From Candidatus Omnitrophota bacterium (GTDB lineage Bacteria > Omnitrophota > Gorgyraeia > B26-G9): a stretch of DNA of 64,000 nucleotides. The position numbers were made by a program, and so were the translations under genes. The notes beneath the pieces were generated by a model. It did not search any database and was not told the origin of the DNA. It saw only the letters and a list, made by a program, of their open reading frames with translations. Shown piece by piece: positions 47,719 to 57,460 of this stretch; positions within the stretch are counted from its first letter, which is position 1, and every line of letters starts with the position of its first letter. The stretch is from the NCBI GenBank assembly GCA_018817165.1, contig JAHITY010000070.1, positions 363-64,362 of the forward strand, read 5' to 3'.

Positions 47719-47755
47719 GATATTCGAATATGATTATATGATAAAGAGAGGATTT

Positions 47756-48046
47756 ATGGCGATAGTCAAGTATAACTATCTAAATGCGGCTAAATTTTTA
47801 AAAGCGCTTTCACATCCCACAAGGTTAATGATTGTCAATGAACTGGCATCAGGGAAAAAATGTGTGAATGATATAAAGGAACTGGTGCAGGCGAATCAGC
47901 CGAATATATCGCAGCATTTATCCTTGCTTAAATTAAGCGGGATTGTGGATAGCCGACAGAATGGTAAAATGAAATGTTATTTTTTAAAAGATGAACCGAT
48001 GATGCGGGAGTTATTTAATAATTTAAAGAAGAATAAGTTGATTTAA
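47756..48046 (+). CDS. ArsR-family repressor with BigR/SqrR-like Cys pair
   Basis: HTH LSHPTRLMIVNELASGKKCVND...ISQHLSLLK. Second Cys near the C-terminus (KMKCYFL). Start at the ATG after AAAGAGAGGA. The ORF-track start lies inside the promoter. Confidence 0.75.
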   Translation: MAIVKYNYLNAAKFLKALSHPTRLMIVNELASGKKCVNDIKELVQANQPNISQHLSLLKLSGIVDSRQNGKMKCYFLKDEPMMRELFNNLKKNKLI

Positions 48047-48111
48047 ATGTAAATATTCCGCCAAAAGGCGGAATAAATAGTTAAAAGAGAAAATTTAATA
48101 GAGTGTGTATT

Positions 48112-48270
48112 ATGCGGATATTTTTAGGGATGTTAATTGGTGCGGTATTCGGCGGGCTTCTGGGATATTTTGGTAAATGCTCAAGCGGTACATGTCCTTT
48201 AACCAGTACACCTTTGCGCGGTACGTTATATGGCGCTTTTTTGGGGCTGCTGTTTGCGTTAATGAAATAG
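48112..48270 (+). CDS. 52-aa membrane protein with CxxGxC motif (not in ORF track)
   Basis: MRIFLGMLIGAVFGGLLGYFGKCSSGTCPLTSTPLRGTLYGAFLGLLFALMK. Two hydrophobic segments flank CSSGTC. Weak RBS. Confidence 0.4.
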   Translation: MRIFLGMLIGAVFGGLLGYFGKCSSGTCPLTSTPLRGTLYGAFLGLLFALMK

Positions 48271-48297
48271 AGGATCGCAAGAGGACGGAATACAAAT

Positions 48298-48375
48298 TAC
48301 TAATTTCTAATTGCACTAATTTCTAAACTCTAAATAAACTCAAATGACTAAGCCAAAAACACAGAAAAACAGAAA
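48298..48375. repeat. Intergenic repeat R5, copy b
   Basis: AATTTCTAATTGCACTAATTTCTAAACTCTAAATAAACTCAAATGACTAAGCCAAAAACACAGAAAAA. Confidence 0.65.
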
Positions 48376-48422
48376 ATAGTGAATTAGTTCATAAAGTTAT
48401 AAAGTAAAAGCAAGGAGAAAAA

Positions 48423-50144
48423 ATGAAACTACTAATTATCGGCGGGGTTGCCGGAGGCGCAACGGCAGCGGCCAGAGCAAGAAGGCTGAATGAACAGGCG
48501 CAGATCATAATGTTTGAGCGCGGCGAATATATATCGTTTGCTAATTGCGGATTGCCGTATTATGCGGGCGATGTAATTAAAAAGCGGCAATCACTACTGG
48601 TGCAGACACCGCAGGGGCTGAAAAGGCGTTTTAATATTGATGTGCGGATTAAGCATCTTGTAAGATCCATTGATACAGTGAATAAAAAAATTCAGGTAAG
48701 AGATATAGTAAATAGCCGGGATTATGAGGAAAGCTATGATAAGCTTATTCTTTCTCCGGGAGCAGAGCCGATTGTTCCAGCTTTTCCGGGAGCGGATTCG
48801 CCTTGCGTGCATACAGTGCGGACTGTTCCTGATATTGATCGAATTAAACAAGCGCTTGATTCCGCTAAAGTAAAAAAAGCAGTGGTGATCGGAGCGGGAT
48901 TTATTGGTATAGAAATGTCAGAGAATTTACGCGAAAGAGGAGTAGAAACATATCTGGTTGAGAAAATGGATCAGGTTATGCCTCCGTTTGATAAAGATAT
49001 GGCAGTAATTCTTGAGCGGGAAATTATGGCGCATGATGTCAGGCTTTATCTTAATGAAGAAGTTGTGAAAATAAGTAAGGAAACTAATGGATATAAAGTG
49101 CATACAGCATCAGGCAAAGGTTTAGATACAGATTTAGTTATTATGGCAATAGGTGTAAGGCCGGAAACTAATCTTGCCAAACAAGCTGGATTAAAACTAG
49201 GCAACAGGGGAATTGTAACAAATGCTAAAATGCAGACATCTGATGAATCAATCTATGCTATTGGTGATGTTGTAGAGAGCCTGGATCCGGTAACTGATGT
49301 GTATCGCCATATTCCTTTAGCCGGGCCCGCGGCTAAGCAGGCGCTTGTCGCGGTGAACAATATATTTGGAATAGACGATGAGTATGCCGGAACTATTGGG
49401 ACTTCGATAGTAAAAGTATTTAATATCGCCGGGGCAATGACTGGAGCAAGCGAGAAAACACTAAAAGCAAGTAAAATCAATTACGCGAAGGTATACACTC
49501 ATCCCGCTGACCATGTGGGGTATTATCCGGGTGCGGTGAATATGGCGATAAAGCTTTTATATAATCCGCAAAGCGGGATTGTGCTGGGCGCGCAAATTTC
49601 AGGGGAAAACGGCGTAGATAGAAAAACCGATGTGCTGGCTGTCGCGGTAAAGCAAAAGATGCGAATAAAGGATCTGGCGGAATTGGAATTATGTTATGCT
49701 CCGCCATATGGCACATCAAAAGACGCGATTAATCTTACGGGCATGACGGCTTTAAATCATATGAGAAATATAACCAAATTAATCCACTGGGAAAATGTTT
49801 CTCCAGATGATTTTTTGCTTGATGCCAGAACTGTCGGCGAATACACTAAAGGAAATGTGCCTAATTCAGTTAATATTCCGATTGATGAATTAAGAGAGCG
49901 TTTAAATGAAATTCCCAAAGACAAACATATTGCTGTATTTTGCCAGTATGGGGTAAGGGCACATATTGCCTGCCGGATTCTTAATCAGCACGGATATACA
50001 GCCGGTAATATTTCAGGCGGATATGTGACATTTATAAATTATCGAGATGCTTATAAGTCTTCGGGATTTTTGAGTGCCCAAAACAGGCTGGATGATGAGC
50101 CTTTCTGCTCAGGTCCAACCGGAGAGTCTGAAATTGGTAAATAA
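48423..50144 (+). CDS. CoA-disulfide reductase family flavoprotein fused to a C-terminal rhodanese domain (NADH-dependent persulfide reductase-like)
   Basis: FAD GxGxxG IIGGVAGGATAA, redox Cys SFANCGLPYY (CoADR/Nox type), second NAD site VIGAGFIGIE, rhodanese active-site loop CQYGVRAH. Confidence 0.85.
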   Translation: MKLLIIGGVAGGATAAARARRLNEQAQIIMFERGEYISFANCGLPYYAGDVIKKRQSLLVQTPQGLKRRFNIDVRIKHLVRSIDTVNKKIQVRDIVNSRDYEESYDKLILSPGAEPIVPAFPGADSPCVHTVRTVPDIDRIKQALDSAKVKKAVVIGAGFIGIEMSENLRERGVETYLVEKMDQVMPPFDKDMAVILEREIMAHDVRLYLNEEVVKISKETNGYKVHTASGKGLDTDLVIMAIGVRPETNLAKQAGLKLGNRGIVTNAKMQTSDESIYAIGDVVESLDPVTDVYRHIPLAGPAAKQALVAVNNIFGIDDEYAGTIGTSIVKVFNIAGAMTGASEKTLKASKINYAKVYTHPADHVGYYPGAVNMAIKLLYNPQSGIVLGAQISGENGVDRKTDVLAVAVKQKMRIKDLAELELCYAPPYGTSKDAINLTGMTALNHMRNITKLIHWENVSPDDFLLDARTVGEYTKGNVPNSVNIPIDELRERLNEIPKDKHIAVFCQYGVRAHIACRILNQHGYTAGNISGGYVTFINYRDAYKSSGFLSAQNRLDDEPFCSGPTGESEIGK

Positions 50145-50262
50145 ATTAAATTAGATATATCCAACTAATAAAAAGTTTTTATTTGACTATGTGTAAGTGT
50201 CGTGATAGGATATGGAAATATTTCTTAAGTAAATAAGACAATATCCAATACGGAGACATTAA

Positions 50263-50454
50263 ATGACAAATAAAAAATATTTAATAAAGTATTTTGGAAT
50301 GATAGTTTTTTTGTTTACTTTTTCCGCGATGTCTTATGCCGCGGAAATTATTTTTTTAGATACATCCTCAACTGCTAGTCAGGCTTCTTCAACGCAAAAA
50401 TTTTCGTTTTCCCAAAGAATGCATGATCTTACGGATTTTGCTTCCTATAAATAA
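50263..50454 (+). pseudogene. Signal-peptide-bearing 5' portion of an outer-membrane beta-barrel gene, cut off by an in-frame TAA
   Basis: MTNKKYLIKYFGMIVFLFTFSAMSYAAEI. Same frame as 50476-52005. The two are separated by one TAA at 50452-50454. Confidence 0.5.
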
Positions 50455-50475
50455 TATGGACCGGATCGTTCCGGG

Positions 50476-52005
50476 ATGATCAGCGGAAGATTTTCTACGC
50501 AAGTCGAGTTTACTAATGTTTCCGGCAATCAAGCAAAATCTTTTTATCAAGATAATAATGAAGATTATCAAACTGATTTAAACATCAATTTGTTTGAAAA
50601 ATTGTCCAATGGTTATCAATTACAGAGTCAATCTGCTTTGCGGAAAACTGATAATTCGCGAGTTGAAAATACCCGAGATGTAAAGATCAAACAATTTAAT
50701 CTCTCAGCGCGTAATGAGGATAATCTTTTTGAACTAGGTGACTTTTATGCTGATTTCAGTCAATTTGTAATGGGCAGCAGCCTGGAAGGGGCAAATGCTC
50801 AGATGAAGTTTTCGGATGCTCTGGAATTAAAAACAGTTGCTGCCCGTAAATATGAGAGTGATTCAGCGGCCGGTCTTTTTCAGCGGGATGTTGCTGGCTT
50901 AAAAGCCGATAACTTTTTGTTTGAAGATTCTGATATGTTTTCTTTGTTTCGTTTGGGAGCACAGGGGGTAAGCGTTCAGGATGATAGCTCAACTATTCCC
51001 GATAATTCCAGCAGTGTTGATTTAAATAATTCGGTTTATGGCATCGATGGTGAAATGCGCATGCAAAACGGCACTTCTTTATTATTTGAGCTGGCCCGCA
51101 GCCGCTATATCTCAGATGATGATGCTGTTTCGAGGAATCTCAGCTCGGGAATGGCTTTTCGTGTGCAGCCGGGTTTTCGTTATGAAGACTGGTTTAATCT
51201 TAAATATCTTTATTATTATGTTCAGCCGGAATTTTACAGTGAAGTGGGCTCGGCTTCATCTGATAAAATCCAGCATCAAGTGGTTGCTGATCTGCGTTTA
51301 AGTGAAAAGAATGTTCTTTCCCTAACTGAGAATCTTTATTGGAATTACCTGGATGACAGTAATCAGACAAAACGCACAACCAATAATGAGCAATATATTG
51401 CTCTTACGACTCGTCCTTTTGAAGATAATAAAAATTTTTCTGTCCGCACTTATGTAAATCATTTAGACCGAGATTCTGATGATTTAGGAAATAGCGCGGA
51501 AGCAACAACTTCTACCTATGGGCTTTCTTTAAATACTAGAATATCTGAAGCATCGGTGGGCGTGTTTTTTGAGCATCGCTATTTTGATGATAAAGCGGCT
51601 GGGGCTAATACAGAATCTTTTCAGCGTTTTGGCAGCAACTTCAGCCGAGACTTTAATGTTTTTAAACGCCGGCTTTATTTAGCCGCTAATTACAGTATGG
51701 ACGCAAGAGATACGCGTAATGATGAGAACCTAAGTCTTAGTAATGGGTTGTCGGTTAGCGGTCGTTATGAGATCAGCGATCCTTTAAACTTTAATTTTGG
51801 GCATAATCTGATGATCGCTGATAATGCCGGACCAATGGAAGATTATTATACAAATAAGACTTATGGTGAACTTGCTTATAAACTTAAAGGCGAGCGTAAT
51901 GGAGTTATCAGCACTCGCGCTGAAATAAATAATTATCTGTATGATGCCAATGATGGAGATTATCAGGAAAAAAGATTTGTTGTAAAATTCAGTAGTAATT
52001 TCTAA
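50476..52005 (+). CDS. Outer-membrane beta-barrel-like protein body (no signal peptide of its own)
   Basis: Alternating amphipathic beta-strand pattern, rich in Y/N/S/D. C-terminal ...KFSSNF with terminal Phe, typical of OMPs. Confidence 0.55.
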   Translation: MISGRFSTQVEFTNVSGNQAKSFYQDNNEDYQTDLNINLFEKLSNGYQLQSQSALRKTDNSRVENTRDVKIKQFNLSARNEDNLFELGDFYADFSQFVMGSSLEGANAQMKFSDALELKTVAARKYESDSAAGLFQRDVAGLKADNFLFEDSDMFSLFRLGAQGVSVQDDSSTIPDNSSSVDLNNSVYGIDGEMRMQNGTSLLFELARSRYISDDDAVSRNLSSGMAFRVQPGFRYEDWFNLKYLYYYVQPEFYSEVGSASSDKIQHQVVADLRLSEKNVLSLTENLYWNYLDDSNQTKRTTNNEQYIALTTRPFEDNKNFSVRTYVNHLDRDSDDLGNSAEATTSTYGLSLNTRISEASVGVFFEHRYFDDKAAGANTESFQRFGSNFSRDFNVFKRRLYLAANYSMDARDTRNDENLSLSNGLSVSGRYEISDPLNFNFGHNLMIADNAGPMEDYYTNKTYGELAYKLKGERNGVISTRAEINNYLYDANDGDYQEKRFVVKFSSNF

Positions 52006-52019
52006 ACGAGAGGGTTATT

Positions 52020-52460
52020 ATGCGTAACTTTAAACAAAACTTACTATTTGTTATTTTAGGAATTGTTCTGTTCTGTTCAACTGTTTTTGCGGTTATTGAT
52101 GATCAGCAAGAACAGGAAATTGGTAAAGCCGCGGTTAATCAAGTTTTCAGTGCTTATTCCAATTATTCGCTGGGGGGATTTGATGCTGTGGTTTCTGATG
52201 GTTTTATGCCTTTGCGTAGTGAATTTATGAACAGGGTTGATGTTTCTGCAATAAATCAGCAGACAGTGGAATTTAATGTTTCGATCGACCAAGTGCTTGT
52301 TAGCGAGCAAAAGATGTCAGTCATGTGCAAATGGTATAAAAAATTTACAGTTTCTGGAATTCCAGGGCAGCAAAAAAATCAGGGCAGTTCAGAACTGATC
52401 TTTAAATTGGAAGATGAGCAGTGGAAACTTATTTCAATTAGCGGCGATAACCCATTTTAA
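52020..52460 (+). CDS. Secreted NTF2/SnoaL-like small protein
   Basis: Signal peptide. ~120-aa cone-fold-like domain resembling a domain in the C-terminal part of the downstream giant protein. Confidence 0.5.
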   Translation: MRNFKQNLLFVILGIVLFCSTVFAVIDDQQEQEIGKAAVNQVFSAYSNYSLGGFDAVVSDGFMPLRSEFMNRVDVSAINQQTVEFNVSIDQVLVSEQKMSVMCKWYKKFTVSGIPGQQKNQGSSELIFKLEDEQWKLISISGDNPF

Positions 52461-52481
52461 TATTAACAAAAGGTAATTTTA

Positions 52482-55400
52482 ATGAATAATAAATTTAAAA
52501 ATTCAAAGATTTTTGTAGGATCAATTGTTTGCATTGCCTTGTGTTTGCAGGCTGTGCCTAGTTTTGCTGGTCTGGTTGCGGATAAAATAGTATTGCTTGG
52601 CTTGGATACTGCCGGAGCAATGGCTAAAGAAAAAGACATGAAAAAAGGCGCGGAAGAGGCCTTGAAAAAAACCACTTTTGATTGGCTTTGGGATATCATT
52701 GGCGGAGTAGAAAAGATAGCGTTTGTTGCCCAGGAAGCGGAAATACCGGCAATGAAAGATAAAATAAATTTGGTTGTCAGCACGATTCAAAATATTGATA
52801 AGATATCCACTCAGCTGGGTTCAGGAAAATATGATGAAGCGCTTTTTACTGCGACTGATCAGGCAGTGGGCATGATAAATCATCCTTTGGTCACTGTTAT
52901 GTGGGAAGCAATAAAAATGACTTATGAATCGCAAAAATTGCTGGCTGATGCAAAAGCCCAGGCTGAAATAGAAGCATTGTATGGCATTGTCAGTGGGGAC
53001 CGGAGAATTGCCGGAGAATATAATCCTGATCAAAAAGGCCCGGCTCAGTTTAAGATGAATGCGGAGACGGTGGATTATTTCTTCAATGATTATTTAATTA
53101 CTAGTGCCGGCACGCGTCAATTAGTGCGCTCTTATGTGGAAAAAGAATTAGGCCAAGAATGGCCGGAGCAATCATGGACAGATTACCTTAAAAGTTATAC
53201 AGCAATAGGCTCTGGAGTTGACTTGGCGCAAGCAGCTGAAATCGAAGCGCTTTCCGGTGAGCTGCGCAATGTTGCTCGCGGCTGGATCAGTAAATTATTA
53301 GCAGATGTTAATAAGATGGCTCAAGTTCAGTATGATCAGACAAGAGTGCGTCAGCAGATGGGAGAATTTCATGCTTTTGCTGAGCAGGTCAGTCATTTTT
53401 ATAATAATGATTATGAGCGGATGATGAGTGAGTTTATGGATTTGCGCCGGATGAAACAATCAATTCCGGAATATCGGGCTTTGGAAGTAAAAAGCAAAGC
53501 GCGTTATACTGCTTTATCTGCTGAAATAGCAAAACTTGAAAAATTGAATGTTTTGAAATCAGCTTCGGCAATTGAACAGGAATGTAATACCTGGCAGCTG
53601 CAATTATTAACCGCAGCCAGCGGAGCGGAAACAGTTGGCGAAAAAGCTTTGGGGCAAAGCCTTTATGCCCAGCGGAGAGCTTGGCTTGAATTTCGTGATA
53701 AATTTATGAAGGATTTAAAAGAGGATATGGAAGGCAGTTTGGATGAGGCAAGTGTTTTTCCTGTTCCAACTGTAAATTCAAATAATCCCGAGGCTGACCT
53801 TCAGCGCTATGGACTTGAAAAAGGAATGGCCATGGCAAATGTTTTTTATTCTGAGGTTTTTAAGCCGATGATTATTCCTTATGAATTTCCCGAGGATATA
53901 GAATCATTTTCTGGAGAGATCGAGAAATTTTGCCAGATGGGTAATTTTGTTGAGGCAAAAAAAGTTTTGGATAAACTGGATATAATTAAAAAAGATCTGG
54001 AGCAATATTATACTGTTCAAATGAAAACAAAGATAGCAAATGCCTTAGCAAATCCTCCATCTATTGTAAAGGAAGCAATGGAAAAAACAGGCATTAGCAG
54101 TGTTGGACCAGATGCCCAGACAACAAGTAGGATGAAAGTTGATCAGATTTTTCGTTATCGAAACGGATGGACTTGGGCGGTGCAAAGAGCATATGACATG
54201 CAGCCTCCTTTATATCAGGCAGATGCTGCTTTATTAGCAGCTAGGAAAGTACAATTGCAGGGCATCATAGCTACATTCACAGCATTGGCAAATCAAGCAG
54301 GAGGTAAATATCGCAAATATGCATCAGATATAAGTGCTGCTTTGACTAATCTGCCCATAGGTGATGCTGATGATTTTTCTGTGTACAAAGGGAATTGGGG
54401 GATGTACAGAGAATTTAAGCAGATTGATCAAGCTATAGAAGAATACACTTATCTGGTGCCTAAGAAAAATGTTCAAGGTAATATAGTTGATATCCCTGGG
54501 GCGCTTAGATATTGGGCTCAGGAAATAGAAAACAATTCTCGTCATCCTCAATATATCATTCCTGGGTATCGGGAAAGTTTTTCTATGACAAAACAAAACT
54601 GGGAAAATGCTCGTCAAGCTTGGGAGCAAGCCCCAAGGATAACTGTCGAAGAGGAAGAGATAATTCGAGCTTTGTATTTTCAGAATCTTATTTTTAGTAT
54701 TCCATCCAATCAGGCATACTTAGAAAAGCAAATGGAAGGCTTTAATCCAATGCAAGATCAGGCGTTTTGCGACAAAGCAGTAAATAATATTGGCAGCTAT
54801 CTGTCAACAATGAAGGATACATTGAGCAAATTAGAGCAGAAATTAATCCGCAATTTTAATAATCAAGATCAGGACGCGACATTTTTAAAAAATAACGCGA
54901 AATATGCTCAAGATATGATTGAGGCTTTGATTGCCGCAAAATTAGTCAAACATATAAATGGAAATTATGGTGAATTAATTCCGAATCTTGACATTGCTGA
55001 GAATGACATGGCAAAAGCCAAAGAACCTTATTTGCATTATATGACAGTCAGTGAATTAAACACTATGAAAGCGGGAATAAGCCGGATTATTAATAGCTCA
55101 AAAGCAAATGTTTTTATCCGCAAATATTTGCCGAATTATGCGCAAAAATTGGATGAACTGAGCAGCTTAGCTAATGTTAAGCCGGCCAGTGGAGAAAATA
55201 TAATTATTAGAGGCGCTGACGCTGTCTATGAAAAAGACATTGTTCAGGCAGAAAAATTAATTAAATCCTTAAGATACAAATCAGAGGATAATAAATTTAA
55301 TGCGATTTTAGATCAGATTATGCCCTTGATTCCGCTGATGCTGGTTAAAAATGTTAAAGAAAATTGGTATGGAGTTAAATTTCCCGATGATGCTGAGACT

Positions 55401-56813
55401 AATAGTGTATATTCAACCAAGCTGGGGAAAAGATACCTTGATTTATACTCTCCGTTACAAGAAGTAATCGACTTGCACCATCAATGGATCGAAGCTGAGA
55501 GCTATAAACAGTTCACAACTGATACATCTGATGAAACTGTTACTGATACAAATAAGATGCCGGGATCGCAAAATGATTTCGCGGCTAATGCAATGTACTC
55601 ATTGTATGGATTGCGGATAAATACTCAGGATTATTCAAATGTCAGCGGCGATGTTCTGTTTACCCAGGATGACCTGGATGACGGGAAAATTAAAATAACC
55701 GCGAATATTCCGACGCTGGATAATATTGAAACAATGCTTTTATCTTTGGATGATGGCCGCAGCTGGGATGAAATGCCGAAAGCATCAAATATTGCTTTTG
55801 AGTTTATTCCGCAGCAAGGGGTGCGCTATGAGCCAATAATTAAATTAAAACGCACTGGTGCTTATTCTGATGTGGAATTGCCATTATTGCGCAATGGTGT
55901 GCTTTCTTATGAAGATGTCAGTTATAATGAGCAGGTTTTAGCAACTCTCCAAGCTCTTTCCAATGCTTATGAGAAGCAGGATGTCGCGGAATTCGCTAAA
56001 TATATTTCCCGCGATTATTTGGGCAATCAGACATTTTTAGAAGAAGGGATCAGATTTGATTTTGATATGTTTATTGATATTCAGTTGACTATTTTTGTTA
56101 ATCGAATTGAAAGCCGCAAAGGCATGTGGATCGCGGAAACAAAATGGGATAAGAAGCAGACCCCTAGGACAACCGGACAGCAGCAGCTTACCAGCGGTCA
56201 GACCACGATGATATTTGTGGCGGAAGATGGAGTATTGAAGATCAAGAATTTACGCGGAAATTTATTATTTGCGACTTTGTCTCCGGAGATCGCGGAAGCC
56301 AGCGGTTTGAATCAAGCAACAGTTGATGCTATCCGTACAGCACATGATGATCGTAATCCTACTCAACCGGGTGCTGGTGAGATTGAGGATGATGGAGGAG
56401 TGTCTAGCGGGACAACAACTTCTGCGCTTTTAACAGTGCAGACTGCTACGCTTACGATTATTGCTGGATCTCCCTCGGGCTTTAATGTTGTTTCCGGCAC
56501 AACCGGTCAGCAATCAAGCGGAGATTTTTTTATAGAATTTGCGGCGATGTTTTTTGCTAATTCAGGGGCAGTCTTACAGGATGTAACCAATAGTTATTCT
56601 TTTGATAATTTAAGCACTGCTCCCGATGTAGTTGATTCAGGCGGGGTGGGCGCATTTATGAATGTTCCGCGGGTAATTTTGTTTAAAACTGTTGACGACT
56701 ATTATGGAAAAATGAAAGTAACTGTAGCTGATGATAATGGGGACGGAACCTCAACTGTAAGTTTTCAGTACGCAGTTCAGACAGACAGCACTCGCAATAT
56801 TGCCACGCAATAA
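52482..56813 (+). CDS. Giant (1443 aa) secreted, predominantly alpha-helical protein with C-terminal NTF2-like domain and Thr/Gly/Ser-rich tail
   Basis: Signal peptide MNNKFKNSKIFVGSIVCIALCLQAVPSFA. Long A/E/K/Q/L-rich helical regions. C-terminal YISRDYLG...IAETKWDKK...MIFVAEDGVLKI domain. No recognisable catalytic motifs. Confidence 0.7.
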   Translation: MNNKFKNSKIFVGSIVCIALCLQAVPSFAGLVADKIVLLGLDTAGAMAKEKDMKKGAEEALKKTTFDWLWDIIGGVEKIAFVAQEAEIPAMKDKINLVVSTIQNIDKISTQLGSGKYDEALFTATDQAVGMINHPLVTVMWEAIKMTYESQKLLADAKAQAEIEALYGIVSGDRRIAGEYNPDQKGPAQFKMNAETVDYFFNDYLITSAGTRQLVRSYVEKELGQEWPEQSWTDYLKSYTAIGSGVDLAQAAEIEALSGELRNVARGWISKLLADVNKMAQVQYDQTRVRQQMGEFHAFAEQVSHFYNNDYERMMSEFMDLRRMKQSIPEYRALEVKSKARYTALSAEIAKLEKLNVLKSASAIEQECNTWQLQLLTAASGAETVGEKALGQSLYAQRRAWLEFRDKFMKDLKEDMEGSLDEASVFPVPTVNSNNPEADLQRYGLEKGMAMANVFYSEVFKPMIIPYEFPEDIESFSGEIEKFCQMGNFVEAKKVLDKLDIIKKDLEQYYTVQMKTKIANALANPPSIVKEAMEKTGISSVGPDAQTTSRMKVDQIFRYRNGWTWAVQRAYDMQPPLYQADAALLAARKVQLQGIIATFTALANQAGGKYRKYASDISAALTNLPIGDADDFSVYKGNWGMYREFKQIDQAIEEYTYLVPKKNVQGNIVDIPGALRYWAQEIENNSRHPQYIIPGYRESFSMTKQNWENARQAWEQAPRITVEEEEIIRALYFQNLIFSIPSNQAYLEKQMEGFNPMQDQAFCDKAVNNIGSYLSTMKDTLSKLEQKLIRNFNNQDQDATFLKNNAKYAQDMIEALIAAKLVKHINGNYGELIPNLDIAENDMAKAKEPYLHYMTVSELNTMKAGISRIINSSKANVFIRKYLPNYAQKLDELSSLANVKPASGENIIIRGADAVYEKDIVQAEKLIKSLRYKSEDNKFNAILDQIMPLIPLMLVKNVKENWYGVKFPDDAETNSVYSTKLGKRYLDLYSPLQEVIDLHHQWIEAESYKQFTTDTSDETVTDTNKMPGSQNDFAANAMYSLYGLRINTQDYSNVSGDVLFTQDDLDDGKIKITANIPTLDNIETMLLSLDDGRSWDEMPKASNIAFEFIPQQGVRYEPIIKLKRTGAYSDVELPLLRNGVLSYEDVSYNEQVLATLQALSNAYEKQDVAEFAKYISRDYLGNQTFLEEGIRFDFDMFIDIQLTIFVNRIESRKGMWIAETKWDKKQTPRTTGQQQLTSGQTTMIFVAEDGVLKIKNLRGNLLFATLSPEIAEASGLNQATVDAIRTAHDDRNPTQPGAGEIEDDGGVSSGTTTSALLTVQTATLTIIAGSPSGFNVVSGTTGQQSSGDFFIEFAAMFFANSGAVLQDVTNSYSFDNLSTAPDVVDSGGVGAFMNVPRVILFKTVDDYYGKMKVTVADDNGDGTSTVSFQYAVQTDSTRNIATQ

Positions 56814-56900
56814 ACATTAATATTCTTCCTGCTTTAAATACTTTAATTTGACAAAGTATTTAAAGTTGGATATACTATATAGCAAGATGGCTATATGAAA

Positions 56901-56968
56901 GCAGAAAGCGCTCCGCGCTTTGCTTATAGCTGATGGCTCATAGCTCATGGCAAAAGCAAAAAGAACGT
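56901..56968. repeat. Intergenic repeat R4, copy b
   Basis: GCAGAAAGCGCTCCGCGCTTTGCTTATAGCTGATGGCTCATAGCTCATGGCAAAAGCAAAAAG. Confidence 0.65.
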
Positions 56969-57087
56969 TAATAACTGTTTTATTTTTTGACCATCGACTT
57001 GGTGATGCGCAATACGTACGACGTAATACTGAAAAGCGGATAGTTCTTCGACTCGCTAACGCGTTAACAATTTATTTAAGAGGATTT

Positions 57088-57426
57088 ATGAAGGAGTTGG
57101 AAAAAATATTTAAAGCCTTGGCTGATATTAATCGGCTGCGGATATTAAAAATGCTCCAAGCGCAGAAAAGATGTGTATGTGAATTAGCTTTTGTCTTGGG
57201 TATTGCTCAGCCTAGCGTGTCGAGACACTTAAAAAAACTTAAAAATGCGGGTTTGATTGCTAGTGAAAAAAATGGGTTTTGGACTGATTATTATTTGATT
57301 GAAAATAGTAAAGGCTCAAAGGCTATTATGAAATATATTAAACAAACTACAGAATATGATAGTTTGGTTAAAAAAGATCTTGAGAAAATAAAAAAAGCTA
57401 ATCGCCAAAAACTTTGCTGTAAATAA
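57088..57426 (+). CDS. ArsR/SmtB-family metalloregulator (CVC motif)
   Basis: ADINRLRILKML...CVCELAFVLGIAQPSVSRHLKKL. C-terminal CC pair. Start moved to the ATG after AAGAGGA because the ORF-track start lies inside repeat R4. Confidence 0.8.
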   Translation: MKELEKIFKALADINRLRILKMLQAQKRCVCELAFVLGIAQPSVSRHLKKLKNAGLIASEKNGFWTDYYLIENSKGSKAIMKYIKQTTEYDSLVKKDLEKIKKANRQKLCCK

Positions 57427-57460
57427 AATTTTTTATAAAAATAAGTAGCTATTTTGCTAT

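Noticed and set aside
47690-47755. ORF-track start of the ArsR gene at 47690.
   Set aside because: The first codons coincide with the TTGACA...TATAAA promoter and its palindromic operator. The ATG at 47756 has an AAAGAGAGGA RBS and gives a normal-length ArsR.
48110-48316. Minus-strand 68-aa ORF in the arsR-CoADR spacer.
   Set aside because: No motifs. It overlaps a + strand 52-aa ORF encoding a plausible CxxGxC membrane peptide, and overlaps repeat R5.
50452-50454. Alternative genetic code with TAA as a sense codon.
   Set aside because: Many well-supported genes in the window terminate at TAA with correct lengths. Code reassignment would break them.
56947-57087. ORF-track start of the second ArsR gene at 56947.
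   Set aside because: The N-terminal 47 codons are encoded by repeat R4. The ATG at 57088 follows an AAGAGGA RBS and begins a canonical ArsR fold.
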